DNA of 63,321 nt, counting the filler, from Nemertoderma westbladi (taxonomy: Eukaryota > Animalia > Xenacoelomorpha): NCBI GenBank assembly GCA_032718475.1. It is 3 parts of 3 records of this genome, joined end to end, with 100 filler letters (N's around TTAATTAATTAA, not from the genome) between each part and the next. Parts side by side here need not be neighbours in the genome. Positions count along the whole stretch, not along the records: positions 1 to 29,912 come from JAUCBJ010007836.1; 2 more parts are not named here. One strand, written 5' to 3'. A program made the position numbers and the translations under genes. Shown one piece after another: positions 12,943 through 24,797 of this stretch; the stretch's first letter is position 1, and every line of letters begins with the position of its first letter. Below the pieces are notes generated by a model that had not been told where the DNA came from, ran no database searches, and worked only from the letters and a program-made list of their open reading frames with translations.

Positions 12943-13256
12943 AGTTTGTTTTTTATGTTTATGTTATATGATAACTATTATTTTCGTGTCGGCGTGAAAT
13001 AATAGGCCATAAAAAAAAGTAAATTGAATGCTGGGCTACAGAGTACTATTTTTTACGAAATGAAGTACCACTATCAATAACAATCTAAAAATCACTAACT
13101 TTTGCCACAATTCTGTATACAGCCCAGCCCCAGTGTACCATTATTATAAACTAACGTTTTGAACCAAATAAATAATGTTTCTATAATAAATATAGAGTTC
13201 CTGGTAATTATCTCAATGAATTTATGGGAAGAGAAAATCAAAATCAAAAGCTATAA

Positions 13257-15436
13257 TTATACAAAAGTTAAAATCAATTCGTCGCGCCTTGATGTATCCC
13301 CTTGAATGATGTTTACAATAGGATCGTTATTGGCATTCTCAAAATCATTAGTTACCAGAGTATCGACGATTTCGTGGCGGGGTGAAATTATCCAATTGAG
13401 CAAATTAGCACACGCTTTCACAATTTCACCTGCAAGTGCTGGATTCTTTACCGTAAGGTATCGTAGACACTGAAAACGGCTCTTCAAAATACCAAACGTA
13501 CACTCTATCATTCTACGCATTCTCTTGTGGTGCACATTGAAACGATTCTAGGCATCGGAGGTAGTGTTGATAAGGTAAGGAAGGAAGCAGGACAATTCGG
13601 TCCCGGACAATTCGGTCCAGACAATTCGGTCCCGGACAATTTGGTCCTGAACAATTCGTTCCCATTAATTTTGTGTTTTGGGACCGAATTGTCCGGGACC
13701 TAATTGTCTGGGACCGAATTGTTCGGGACCGAATTGTCCGGATACTGATAAGGACAATTCGGTCCCAAAACATGCATATTAATGGGACCGAATTGTCCGG
13801 GACCGAATTGTCCAGGACCGAATTGTCTGGGACAGAATTGTCCGGTGCCGAATTGTCCGGGACCGAATTGTCCGGGACCGAATTGTCCGGGACCGAATAG
13901 TCCGGGACCGAATTGTCCGGGACCGAATAATCCGGGACCGAATTGTCCGGGACCAAATTTAATTGGTACCGGTACTATATAATGGTGAATATTCTAGAAC
14001 CTTAAAAGATATTACTATATGGTAGCTAGTGTTTTTTTTTTACTAACTAGTATTTTTTTTAAGATAAAAAAACAACTTTACTTATTATTAGTTATGGTAG
14101 CTATGGTGTTTTTATGGTGCTGGTGAATTATTTACAGTGCAGGCCACCAGAAAACGCAGATTTGTTCAAATGTGAACACATTTGATCAAATGTGTACCAG
14201 TGTAATGTAATGTTGTTGAACGGGACAATTGAACATAATTGAACATATTTGATTGGCAAGAACCAAAATTTTTTCGCCAAAGGATACATTTGAATACTTT
14301 TGAAACAATTTGTAATCTGGAAACTCTCTGCAGTTTGCCGCGAACTGTCACTCACTGCAGCTGGAAATGCGATAAGGATTTTGTTTACCTTTATAGTGTG
14401 CGGTTAATAGTGTCTAGAAGGTCTATGGTCTATAGTTTGTGATGTTAAGGCATCTTCTGGTGTTTCTCTGTGCCCTCTCGGTGTCAGACTAATGGCGCGA
14501 CATCTCTCTGCACTAAATTATTTATGCAAAGGTCTAGGCTCCTCCATCCATATACCCACCCACTCCCATACACTCCCATACATTCCATGAATCTCCATGT
14601 GGTCTTGTATGTAGTTCTATCTCTACCAATACAGCCCATGTAGGGGCTCTCTTATCTACCTGATATCAGGCATACAGGCGCACCGCACACAAAGCTTTAG
14701 TCTGTCCCAGCAAGTCAGCCTCCTGCCGTGTGAGGTACTAGTGTGTTATAGGTACACCCCCCCCCCCCCCCCTCAAATTTTTTTTACTAGCTGTGTTAAG
14801 ACTACTGTTAGTCAATACGCGCGAATAGTGGGCTTTTCCAGGCCAGCGAGCAGATACGTAGTTTATCTTGTAATCCACAAACCATTAGCGCGTTCATGGA
14901 ATGCTGCCTAGTGCCTATATGGCGGTATGGCGGTACTGGGTGCCACTATTGGGATGGGTGTTCCAACGGCACAGCCACATACCGATGGCACTTGGGAATG
15001 GGTAATATTCTGGAATTTCTGAGCCAGACTAAGTCTGGCAGCACTTTCTTCGGGCCAGTCAACAAATTCAGTGAACAGCTGTTCCACTATGACTTTGGTG
15101 ACTGGCCACAAAGCGGCTAACTGTTGATTTCGATGGTCCATTGGAATCAGCGATTGTCAGCATGTTGTAACCAGTTGAATAATAGCGTAAAGCTATGAGA
15201 ACCTGTTGCCGCGACAACAGGGCATAGTTGCGGTAAGTGGGGTGGTTCAAGTATGCTCCAATTCTTTCGATGAGATTATTCAATTGTTGGCCAGTCAAAT
15301 GGAATCGCTTCATGAAATTAGATTCAGGGACGAACTGGGCGGCACATCGAATGCTAAGTGCCTCCTCCTCATTCCAAGATTTTTCATCGTCACTAGAAGA
15401 GCCTTGCAAAAAGTCGGTGGAACTATCTAAATTCAT
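13257..15436 (-). pseudogene. PIF/Harbinger (HARBI1-like DDE) transposase, fragmented and interrupted at ~13575-14780
   Basis: FMKRFHLT..QQVLIALRYYSTG..SKSTVSR; VCGCAVGTPIPI (decayed GCIDGTHI); HSMNALMVC..ARWPGKAHYSRVL; FNVHHKRMRRMIECTFGILKSRFQCL. Confidence 0.85.
13583..13955. repeat. Foldback-type array of 15-bp repeats in alternating orientation
   Basis: Blocks of (ggacaattcggtccc)n and (gggaccgaattgtcc)n, inserted in the Harbinger ORF. Confidence 0.85.
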
Positions 15437-16924
15437 TGTAAATTTGATTGTAATTACAGTATTATTAGTAAAATTTTTATCTTGAATAAAAAAATGTTAT
15501 TAATTAATGTTTAAGTTCTGCATCCGTGATATTATTCTAAAAGTAGATGAAAATGAAATAAAATATTTAAATTAATTCTTACCGGCATTTATCCTCACGA
15601 ATAATGCAACAAACAGCATCAGGTTTAGTAATAACATTTTTGTTATGAAAGGTTCATCGATACGTTACGATCAAACGTTAGGTTGCCCCTCAATTATTGC
15701 GTTGAGTTGTTGCGGGTTGCGGATTGTCGAGCCTGCAAATTAGTAATTGTTATTTAATTTAAAGTATTTGGCTTTTAATTGTCTCTGTTTGAATAACTTC
15801 CACACTATATGAACTATAAGTGCGATACTTTCCTTCAACAACCCAGACTGGCCTACACTAACCCAGACTGAACCATATCAACACAGACTGACCTCTACAC
15901 GAACCCCAGACTAACGTTCACCAACCCCAGAGCAACACCTACTCTAAAGCCAGATTAACTACACAAACAACGCGATGCACATACGAATATTCCAATGCCA
16001 GGATGCCAACCCATAATGACCTATGTACACTTACCAGACTAACACCAACTAACACAAACCAACCCGAAAAGATTAGGGGAATCTATAGATTCCGTTTCTG
16101 GCTAAAATTATCGACCCTGGCATTTCGTTAGCAGATTTCACAAATATAAAATCAAGCGGATAGGTATATTCAACCGCAATATTCTCAGATTAACTTTCAG
16201 AGAACACATAATGTTGTGTAGCGTCCTAACAATGTAATACTACAGAAAAACCACGTTGGAGTATCTAAAGCACAATTATTACTGTAGCATGTCAGGTGTT
16301 GTATAGGTGCGTGTATTTAACGTATTGATTAATAATGTGAACCAGCGGTCATTTAATATTTAGGGCGGATAATGACGTGGTACCAATGCCAATGCCTAAT
16401 GACGATTGTAACAATGCCTATTGTGTATATCTATCTAGTGTTGTAATAGAAAAATACTAACCTCGTAGGAAAGCTAAATAACGTTAGTTGTGATCCACGA
16501 AATTTTGGAAATGAATTCAATCTACGCTATACAGCTTTCTTTTACTGGAGGAAAGTCTTACACTGCAGCTCCTCCTAAAATATTAACCAATAACGAAGCT
16601 GGCCATCATTGTTAGGAAAACGTATGCTGCATCCTTATTGGTTGTGTCGAAAATGAATAATACAGTACTACACAATTCAACAACTTTTCTGCCACGTGTC
16701 ATCAAATGTAAAATGGAACAGCCAAAGATTTCATGGAACATCAAGGAACCGCAGCATAGAGTTAGCTTTTTAAATTTTATATAGAAACAATTTTTTTGTT
16801 TTTAGTTTTCTGTTCCACTGTCCAATGCAAAGCAGCAGCTTGATCGATAGCTGACAATCCTGGGGGAATTTCCAATTAAGAAGCCCTCACCCCTGGTTCG
16901 TGTGGCAGCATCGTTTGGGCATAG

Positions 16925-16970
16925 AGTCCTTGCTTTCATCCTTCAGTGGTCGATAAATTGGAACCAAGGC
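16925..16970 (+). mobile_element. Possible SINE central-domain fragment
   Basis: ctttcatccttcagtggtcgataaattg resembles, from memory, a conserved SINE body motif. Short match. Confidence 0.3.
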
Positions 16971-17364
16971 AACTTGGAAAACAGAGTAGAAAGGTTTACT
17001 GTGGAAGATCACCCGTGGTGGTGAACAGGCATTCCTTGGCTTAAAGCCTAGATTCTCCCATTCAATTTCAAGTTTTTGAATTGTGGTTACTTATCTTCCA
17101 AGTACACTTTCACTTTCACGTCACGCCACCACGGACGCATTTTCAGGTACTAAAAAGTTGTACAGTGATATTTGTATATTTACATTTTAACTTTAAATTT
17201 ACATCTAATAAAATGTACAACATTATAGGCTCATTCAGTTAAAGTCCTAGAACAAAAGAACAAAAGTTTAGAACAAAAGTTCTAAACTGAGGACTGCTGA
17301 GGACAACTAACAAGTCTCAGGATGGCACGTAAACTTTATGTTACATTGGGTTCACTGTGTGAAG

Positions 17365-17597
17365 TGCAAAACGCACAATGAGACAGTCAATCAGACACTA
17401 TATAACATTGGAGGTGTCCATTAGTCTCCCCTAGCTTGACACTAGAACAAAATCGCCTCCGCTTTGCAGGACATTGCTTTCGCCGTGAGGACCAGCCAGT
17501 GCATAATCTTGTACTTTGGCGGCCTCATGGAGTGAATAAACATGGTGGACAGCCCATGACTTTCTTGAGACGCATCTTAAAGGACACTGGTCTTCAG
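17365..17597 (+). mobile_element. RTE-clade LINE 3' fragment
   Basis: Near-identical to the reverse complement of ~61055-61285 (RLRFAGHCFRREDQPVHNLVLW). Confidence 0.85.
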
Positions 17598-17693
17598 GGC
17601 TCCTAGCTGTGGCGGTATAATAAATTATTGTATAAGTGTACTGTGTCCCTGTTCATTATGAAGGGAATATATGCGAAGCGACATTTGGACATT

Positions 17694-17733
<40 letters not shown>

Positions 17734-17869
17734 TAGAAAACCAGGATTGGTTTAATTTTACATATTTAAAAACATTAACATTTCAATAGACTAGGCCCTA
17801 CAGGGTGTCGAGTCGAAGCACAATATCCACTACTCCCTACCCCCCTCCCCTCCACCAATACCAATCATT

Positions 17870-18996
17870 GGTGTTCGGACACTTCCCCCCCCGGACACTT
17901 CCCCCCCGGACAGTTCCCCCCCGCTCAAGTAGGACACTTCCCCCCCCGGACACTTCCCCCCAGACACTTCCCCCCCGCGCGGACACTTCCCCCCCGACTG
18001 TTCTTAACTCTCGCACATTCGTATTTTTCATTTTGTAAGGTAAACGGACCCGTTTGTATCCAGATAAGTTGTATCCAATTTTCCTTTCGTAGCTCAGAAA
18101 GTGTGATTTTTTGCATCCCGATTTTACATTTTATATCCAAGTTTTATTTATGGGTTTTATCAATGCAATTACATCGTATTGTTTGCTAATCTTTAAACAA
18201 TTAATTATATTAGATGACCTATAAATTCCATCCCCGGAATGATATACTGTTTTTATTCACTATAGAATTATAATAATTAATTGCTTTAATATAGGTATTA
18301 TTATGTAATAGTCTTCTTCAAATTGTAGCAGATGGGGATGAATTTTATTGTTGCTAATCAAAATTACCTCTCCAGGGTAAAATCGACATGCGTCGACCTG
18401 TATTCTGTGTTCAGCATTACATATTGATATACATATTACTACTATACATACTATATAGATATTATACACACTACATATTAAATTTCCTGGTTACTTGCAA
18501 TATTTTTAATATGATTTTGTTGAATTATATAATATTGTAGTAATTTATATATTAAATTGTTTAACATTCAATACAGCTCCTACTTTAGGCTTAGTCAATT
18601 TATTATCAGATGATACAAACATGAATTAATTATTTCAAAGTGGTCTTAAGTCTTTCACCACGTTTGGGGGCGGCAGCCCCCAAGAAAAGAAGCGGGGGGT
18701 TTGGGGGCGGCAGCCCCCAACAAAAGAAGCGGGGGTTTGGGGGCTGCCGCCCCCAATTAAAAGAAATTAAAAGAATTAAAGGAATTAAAAGAAAAATAAA
18801 CAAATTTTGACTATAAAAATGTTTCTTTTATAATTTTGAAAAACTTGCCTAGATACAACTTGTCCTGTAACCATCTTTAACTTTTGTTTATTGCTTTGAT
18901 GCACCCAGATTTATTTTAACACTTTAACTGGGGGGGAAGTGTCCGGGGGGCAAGTGTCCGGGGGGGAAGTGTCCGGGGGGGAAGTGTCCTAGATCC
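17870..18996. mobile_element. Non-autonomous foldback DNA transposon (MULE- or Merlin-like) with TSD
   Basis: Ends are built of (ggacacttccccccc)n and its inverse, with GG...CC termini. CAATCATT is directly repeated at 17862-17869 and 18997-19004. Confidence 0.85.
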
Positions 18997-20085
18997 CAAT
19001 CATTTGCTGAATAATGTAATATTTAAATTTTATTGGTGCGTAAGTGAAAAGGAGTAGCTAAAATTTTAATTTAGCGACTCCAAATGTTTGTTATTATTTT
19101 TTGTCCCAAAGGTTATACAAAATACTGTACCTTATCGAACAATTTTTCAATCTGTGTTTCATTCAGTGTAATTTTTTTTTATGAATCGGTTCAAATAATT
19201 ATTATATCCAGTGCCACACAAAGCAATGTTGGCTGAAATTGACCTTCGGCCATTTTATGCACAGAAATGTTCAAAAAGCGCCGTTTTCTGATAACAGTCA
19301 GAATTGTTTAAGAAATAGAAATAGATTGTGAGAACAATGGGTTTAACGATGAAGGAAAAATAGAGATAATAGGATCTTCATGTTTCAACAATAACTTTAA
19401 ACTTTGTCAAAAATGATTGTAATTGAATGAAATTTTTCATCATTCTAAAAATATACCTAATAAAACAACCTTTTTTTAGCAATTTTAATTATATATTTCT
19501 TTACCTTGGGAGCCTTTCTGATGAAATGGCCTTAAACAATTGAAAAATGCGTGTAGAGTTTTAAATCTCCATTAAATTCGGCACAGGATATGATCATAAA
19601 AAATTTTTAAATTTCCAAAATACGGGGCCCGACCCCCCCCCCCCCCCCCCCCCCCCAGCCTCCCATCCACCCCCCTCTCTCTTAAAATTGGCTGCGTTAT
19701 TTTGACCCATATGCGTTTTTATTTTGTTGAGCACCGGTGGGAGCCCTGCTGGTCATGAAGATGCGGATAATCAAAAGAATAGGGCAGTTTTTGTATGGGG
19801 CAGTTGTGTCGACAAGCCGGCAAAACATTGCTAACGCACATTGTATTACAGCATGACAAATTGGTTTGCATATGATAGTGGCACATATTTTTTGTTGGGA
19901 CAGCATATAATCTCAATATGCAGCTGTAATACAGCAGGCTGATTATAGTTGCTAAACATGAGTATTGAGTATATCGCCTTCCAATGAAATGAATTTCAAA
20001 CTGATGGCGAAAAATGATGATACACAAAAATAATAAAATAAACAAAAATAAAATAAAATATAAACCGTATTAAAGATATCCGCTA

Positions 20086-20180
20086 GCTCGCTAGCTGAAT
20101 GATTAGAGCGTCAGACTTAAAACTCGGAGGTCACAAGTTCGACCCCACCTGGACGTCATTGCTGACTTTGGAAAATCTGT
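20086..20180 (+). mobile_element. tRNA-derived SINE head or tRNA pseudogene
   Basis: A-box-like TAGCTGAATGATTAGAGCG and B-box-like AGTTCGACCC with tRNA spacing. Stems are imperfect. Followed by CORE-like gctgactttggaaaa. Confidence 0.5.
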
Positions 20181-20877
20181 GCCCAACAAAATATTATAAT
20201 AATATGAAACCACTCATTCACCCATATTTAACACCAATAATAAATTATAAATATAAAGTGGAAAGAAAAGTACAGCGTTCAGTAGATGTCAGACCAAGTC
20301 GTCAGCAATGAGCCGACCTTACAACAATGCTCCATAGTGATATCATACACAAAAAGTCCGATTATACGCCATACATACATTCTATACGGAACGCTATACA
20401 TCCGGTAAAGTGTATCCAGATGTACCACCCAGCGGACATGGTGACTCGGGTGGCGACAAGTACGATGGTAAACCCCCGAAGAAACATCAAAATTCCTCAA
20501 AATCCAAAAAAAAACACCTAGTGAAAGAAAGTCAAGGAAACCGCCTCCTACACCAGACCTCAACCGGACCCTTCACCGGATCAGTCGGAGTCAGTTCGTC
20601 GGAGTCTGTTCATCGGAGTCGGTTCGTCGGAGTGACTCGTTAGAAGACTCAAGTTCAGACAAAGTTATGAGCAACATAATAACATGTCTGACTGTATATG
20701 TATGTTGCCTGTTAAATGTTCTCTGTCTAAATAAAATATTTATAGTCAATATACTTAGAATGACCGCATATGAATCACGTGGTATTCTTATTTTGACCGT
20801 TAAATTTTACTGAAACTAAAAGTTTGTTCAGTTCAAACCCGGTGTGCAAATCTACCATAAGTATGCGTGGGCCCAAG

Positions 20878-21449
20878 TCACTGGTGGTATCATAATGATA
20901 AAATATTATTGCAGAAATGGGGGATCTTTTCTAAGTGACTGCTGCAGCTATATCTTGATGAAGGTTCGGTAAAGAGAATTAACGAGTCAATGATGTTGCG
21001 TTACGTATAACTAAGTTTTCAGAATCTTTCAATAAATAAAGTTACAATAATATTTCACCCAGGTCTTTATCAAATTGCATGGAATCTACTTACAAACAGG
21101 GAAGCTACAGGGAATCGACGTAGCTAGGCCTCTTTACGAATTACCGGTTCATTGTTCATTGTGCTAACAGTCGATTGGGTAGGTACTGTAGTAGTACGGT
21201 ACTGTGGTATGTACGTAGCTTCACTCTTTGTAAGTAGATTCCATGCAATTTGTTGAAGCCCTGTTGGGTGAAATATTATTGAAGGGCCTAACAATTAAAT
21301 AAGGGTAAATTTAGTTATACGTGTACGTAACGAAACATCATTGACTCGTTAATTTTCTTTACCGAACCTTCCATCAAGATATAGCTGCAACAGTCACTTA
21401 GAAAAGATTCCCATCCCTACAATATTTTATCATTTTAAAGCCAAGTGAT
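20878..21449. mobile_element. Long imperfect inverted repeat (MITE-like)
   Basis: ~20878-21095 is the reverse complement of ~21227-21449 (e.g. cttttctaagtgactg/cagtcacttagaaaag; aaattgcatggaatctacttacaaa/tttgtaagtagattccatgcaattt). Confidence 0.8.
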
Positions 21450-22511
21450 ACTCTTCCAATTATTGTTCATTCCCGCCCACCATCCGATTTTCTATCATTG
21501 CGCATATGGTGGCGTTTTTAAAGATTTTTTTCATTCAATAATTTTCAACTATTTTCGTTTTAGATAAGGACATACGTCCGAGAATAGACCTTTGAATCAC
21601 CGCGATTCTCACCACCCACTCTAGAAATTTTATTGATTTCATTAGAGCCGTTATTGCCGTTAGTAGTCAGATATTATTCTTACAGTAAATGTTAACCGTA
21701 ATAATCGTAAATTGTATTATATGAGGCTGCAATCTGTGACTTTGGTCGATTCTACTGTGTAGTTACTGCCCTAACAAACTCCGAGGAGCTATATAATAGC
21801 CTTTATTACGTAATAAAATATAATATGTTGAGCTAAATATTACCGTCAGCTGTTGTTTTATTGCTTTTCATCTGTATGTCCAACCATACGTCGAATGTAT
21901 TACCGATAACGCACTACAAATGTTCTGGATGCAGTAGTATCCAGTAGATAGGTCTGCAATTTATTTGCCGACAGCAGTAACCGACGGCGGACAACTGACA
22001 TCCTACTGCATACAACCGACAGCAGAACAGAAAACCGTTATCAGACAACTGATGACAGACATCAGACAGGCAACAGCTATCAGGAAATTAACCGAAATAT
22101 TAATTATAATATTACTATTTTTTAATAATGTGTCAAATTTTACTGTACAGCCTTACATGCAATGAGGATTCCCAGTCCCCGACTAACAACATCATTTCAA
22201 ACCTCACAAAAAATTGCGCAAGCAGCTGTTTTTAATTTGAGGAGGATGAACAAAAGAACATAAGCCTAAAGAGTAATGAAAGAAATTGATCATCATGACT
22301 TCTCATAATCAAAGATCATGATCATGATCATGGTCATGATCAAGATGACTTCGCTTCGCTTCGCTCGCATTTCACTTTACATTAACTTCATGTTTATGTT
22401 GAATTGAGATTCTTTACCGACAATTTTAGTATAATTATTTACATTACTGATAATAATATAATAGTAGTACCTGGGTGGTTTTGTGTTTTTGTGACGTGTA
22501 CTTTGGTAATT

Positions 22512-23205
22512 CAGTGTCTGCACCAAGTCTCTGCACCAGTAGTGTCTGCACCATATTTCTGTACCAGTGTCTGCACCAATATCTGCACCAATCTCCGCTC
22601 CAGTGACTGCACTATATTTCTGTAAGAGTTTCTAGACCAATGTCTGCACCAGTGTATGCACTAATGTCTGCTCCAATGACTGCAGCAGGTCTCTGCACCA
22701 GTGTCTGCACTATATTTCTGTAACAGTGTTTAGACCAATGTCTGTACCAGTGTCTACACCAATGGGTGCTCCGCAGTGTCTGCACCATTGTCTGAACCAA
22801 TGTCTGCTACAGTATCTGCACCAGGTGTCGGCACCAGTATTTGCATCAATGTCTGCACCAATATCAATGTCCAGGACATTGCTTTCGCCGTGAGGACCAG
22901 CCAGTGCATAATCTTGTACTTTGGCAGCCTCATGGAGTGAATAAGCATGGTGGACAGCCCATGACTTTCTTGAGACGCATCTTAAAGGACACTGGCCTTA
23001 AAGATGCGGATGATCTAGCAAATGTCATGGGTGATAGGGAGTTGTGGCGGTGCAATTTTGTTGACAAGCCGGCACAGCTTTCTTAAAAATGCAGCTACAA
23101 TGCAGCATGCCGATCCCAATAGCACCAGTGTCTGCACCATTGTCTGCACCAATGTCTGCACAAATGTCTGCTCCGCAGTGTCTGTACCAGACAGTGTCTG
23201 TCCTA
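22512..23205 (+). repeat. Degenerate ~12-bp minisatellite (gtgtctgcacca), interrupted by an RTE fragment
   Basis: Recurring tgtctgcacca units on both sides of 22873-23117. Confidence 0.85.
22873..23117 (+). mobile_element. RTE-clade LINE 3' end
   Basis: GHCFRREDQPVHNLVLWQP..DRELWR plus a 3' UTR matching the 60924-61843 copy. Confidence 0.88.
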
Positions 23206-23224
23206 GGCTCCTGTTATCAGCAAT

Positions 23225-24180
23225 TATTGACAAAAATAATATCTGGAATAAATGATGATGATCTAAGAGAGAACAATTTCTAAACTTATGATGATCCGAC
23301 ACCAGATGACATTTTAAAAGTGTGTCGGGCACGTGAGCAGTCGCCCCGCGATGCAACTGGAGCGGAGCTGCATCCAAAACTAACAAAATTACCAGTTGGC
23401 ATTCCGGTACCAATAACCAGCCTACTAGCGCACAACACCGTGGCAGACAAAAATACTATTCCCGTCCTCGGGGCAACAATTCACGGACCCCTTCAAAGAA
23501 CCGTGAACAATCTACATCTAGGACATCATACCCAAGATGTTTTACCAGCCACCCCCACAGTGAGTGCCCACATCGTAATAGCACTTGCCATGGCTGTGGT
23601 AGTAAGGGTCATATAACCCCAGTGTGTGGAAAAAAATGCTCGGGTTCTATAAACCAATCCTTCACCCACTCCCTTAAGTCAGGTTCCGATTGCGATAGCT
23701 CCATTGCGACAGAATTCTATTCCTCCCAAGGAAACTTTTCCATCCCAAACAAACATAGTTCGTCATGATGAACCCAGCTCATTTATTTACACAATGGGCA
23801 CTGAAATCTTTTATACGGCTTCCCCAAAGCCACCACGATTGCATGTATCTATCTCCTGCCATGGAATTATTTTTTCATGTCCCACCATTGCTGATACAGG
23901 AGCCGATGATACCACAATATCATCTAATATAGTTGAAATTCATGGTTTAACCAAATATGTTGATCCTAATGACAAAATTCCACTAATTGCTGCCAACAGC
24001 ACCCCTATGAAGTGCACCGGATCAAACTCCATCCATATCATAAATATCAGCTATTTTGAACGTTTGATACATACAGTGGCTTATGGGACACCTGATTTCT
24101 CAGTGGATTCCTAATGTCTTTTGATGTTTGTAGACAACATGGACTCACAGCACCAGAATTCCCAATTCCTGACTATATTA
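23225..24180 (+). pseudogene. Ty3/gypsy-like gag-protease relic
   Basis: GINDDDLR gag-like motif, knuckle CHGCGSKGHITPVC at ~23587, protease IADTGAD..PLIAANSTPMKCTG. Frameshifted. Confidence 0.65.
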
Positions 24181-24279
24181 CTGCCCGTAAGGGGCACACA
24201 CGCATTGTTAAATATACTCCGAGTCATTTTTCTTAGTTTAGTTTATACGTACTTATGCTACGGGATCATTGTATGGGGA

Positions 24280-24797
24280 AGTTTCCTAAGGTGGTTCTGA
24301 TTGTGTGCTACTCTCCAACTAGTGTTGCCCCTGTAGAGGAGGTGGAAAATTTCTACCACAATCTACAAGCAGCTACTGATGGAGTGGATCAGCATGCATT
24401 CTTAACATTCCTGGGAGACTTTAATGCAAGTCTGCATCAATCACCTACATCGCCCTGGGTCTATAGCAATAGTGTTAACCGAAATTCTGTCCATCTTCAG
24501 GATTTTATCTCTGGAAATGGATTGGTTTCGGCTGGAACCCAGTTCAAGAAGCGAACTGGAAAGCTATGGACTCATAGTGGACCCAGTGGTCACAAGTCCC
24601 AGATAGACCATATTCTGTTTCGCAGGAAATACAGGAGCTCTATACAAGACTGTAATGCATTTACACTTCGACCCTTCTCCAGTGATCACCGCCTTATTGT
24701 GGCCAAGGTAAGACTTAGTCTGCGTGCTAGCAGAGCAACGAAATCTGCCTTGCCGCGGCATGACTGGTCCTCTCTGTTGCAACAGCCAAGTGTAAGA
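24280..24797 (+). pseudogene. Non-LTR retrotransposon AP endonuclease fragment (RTE-like)
   Basis: CYSPT..FY..LGDFNA..N..WT..SQIDHIL..SDHRL. Truncated by the satellite. Confidence 0.88.

Noticed and set aside
20086-20160. Functional tRNA gene
   Set aside because: The acceptor and anticodon stems pair poorly; better explained as a SINE head or pseudogene.
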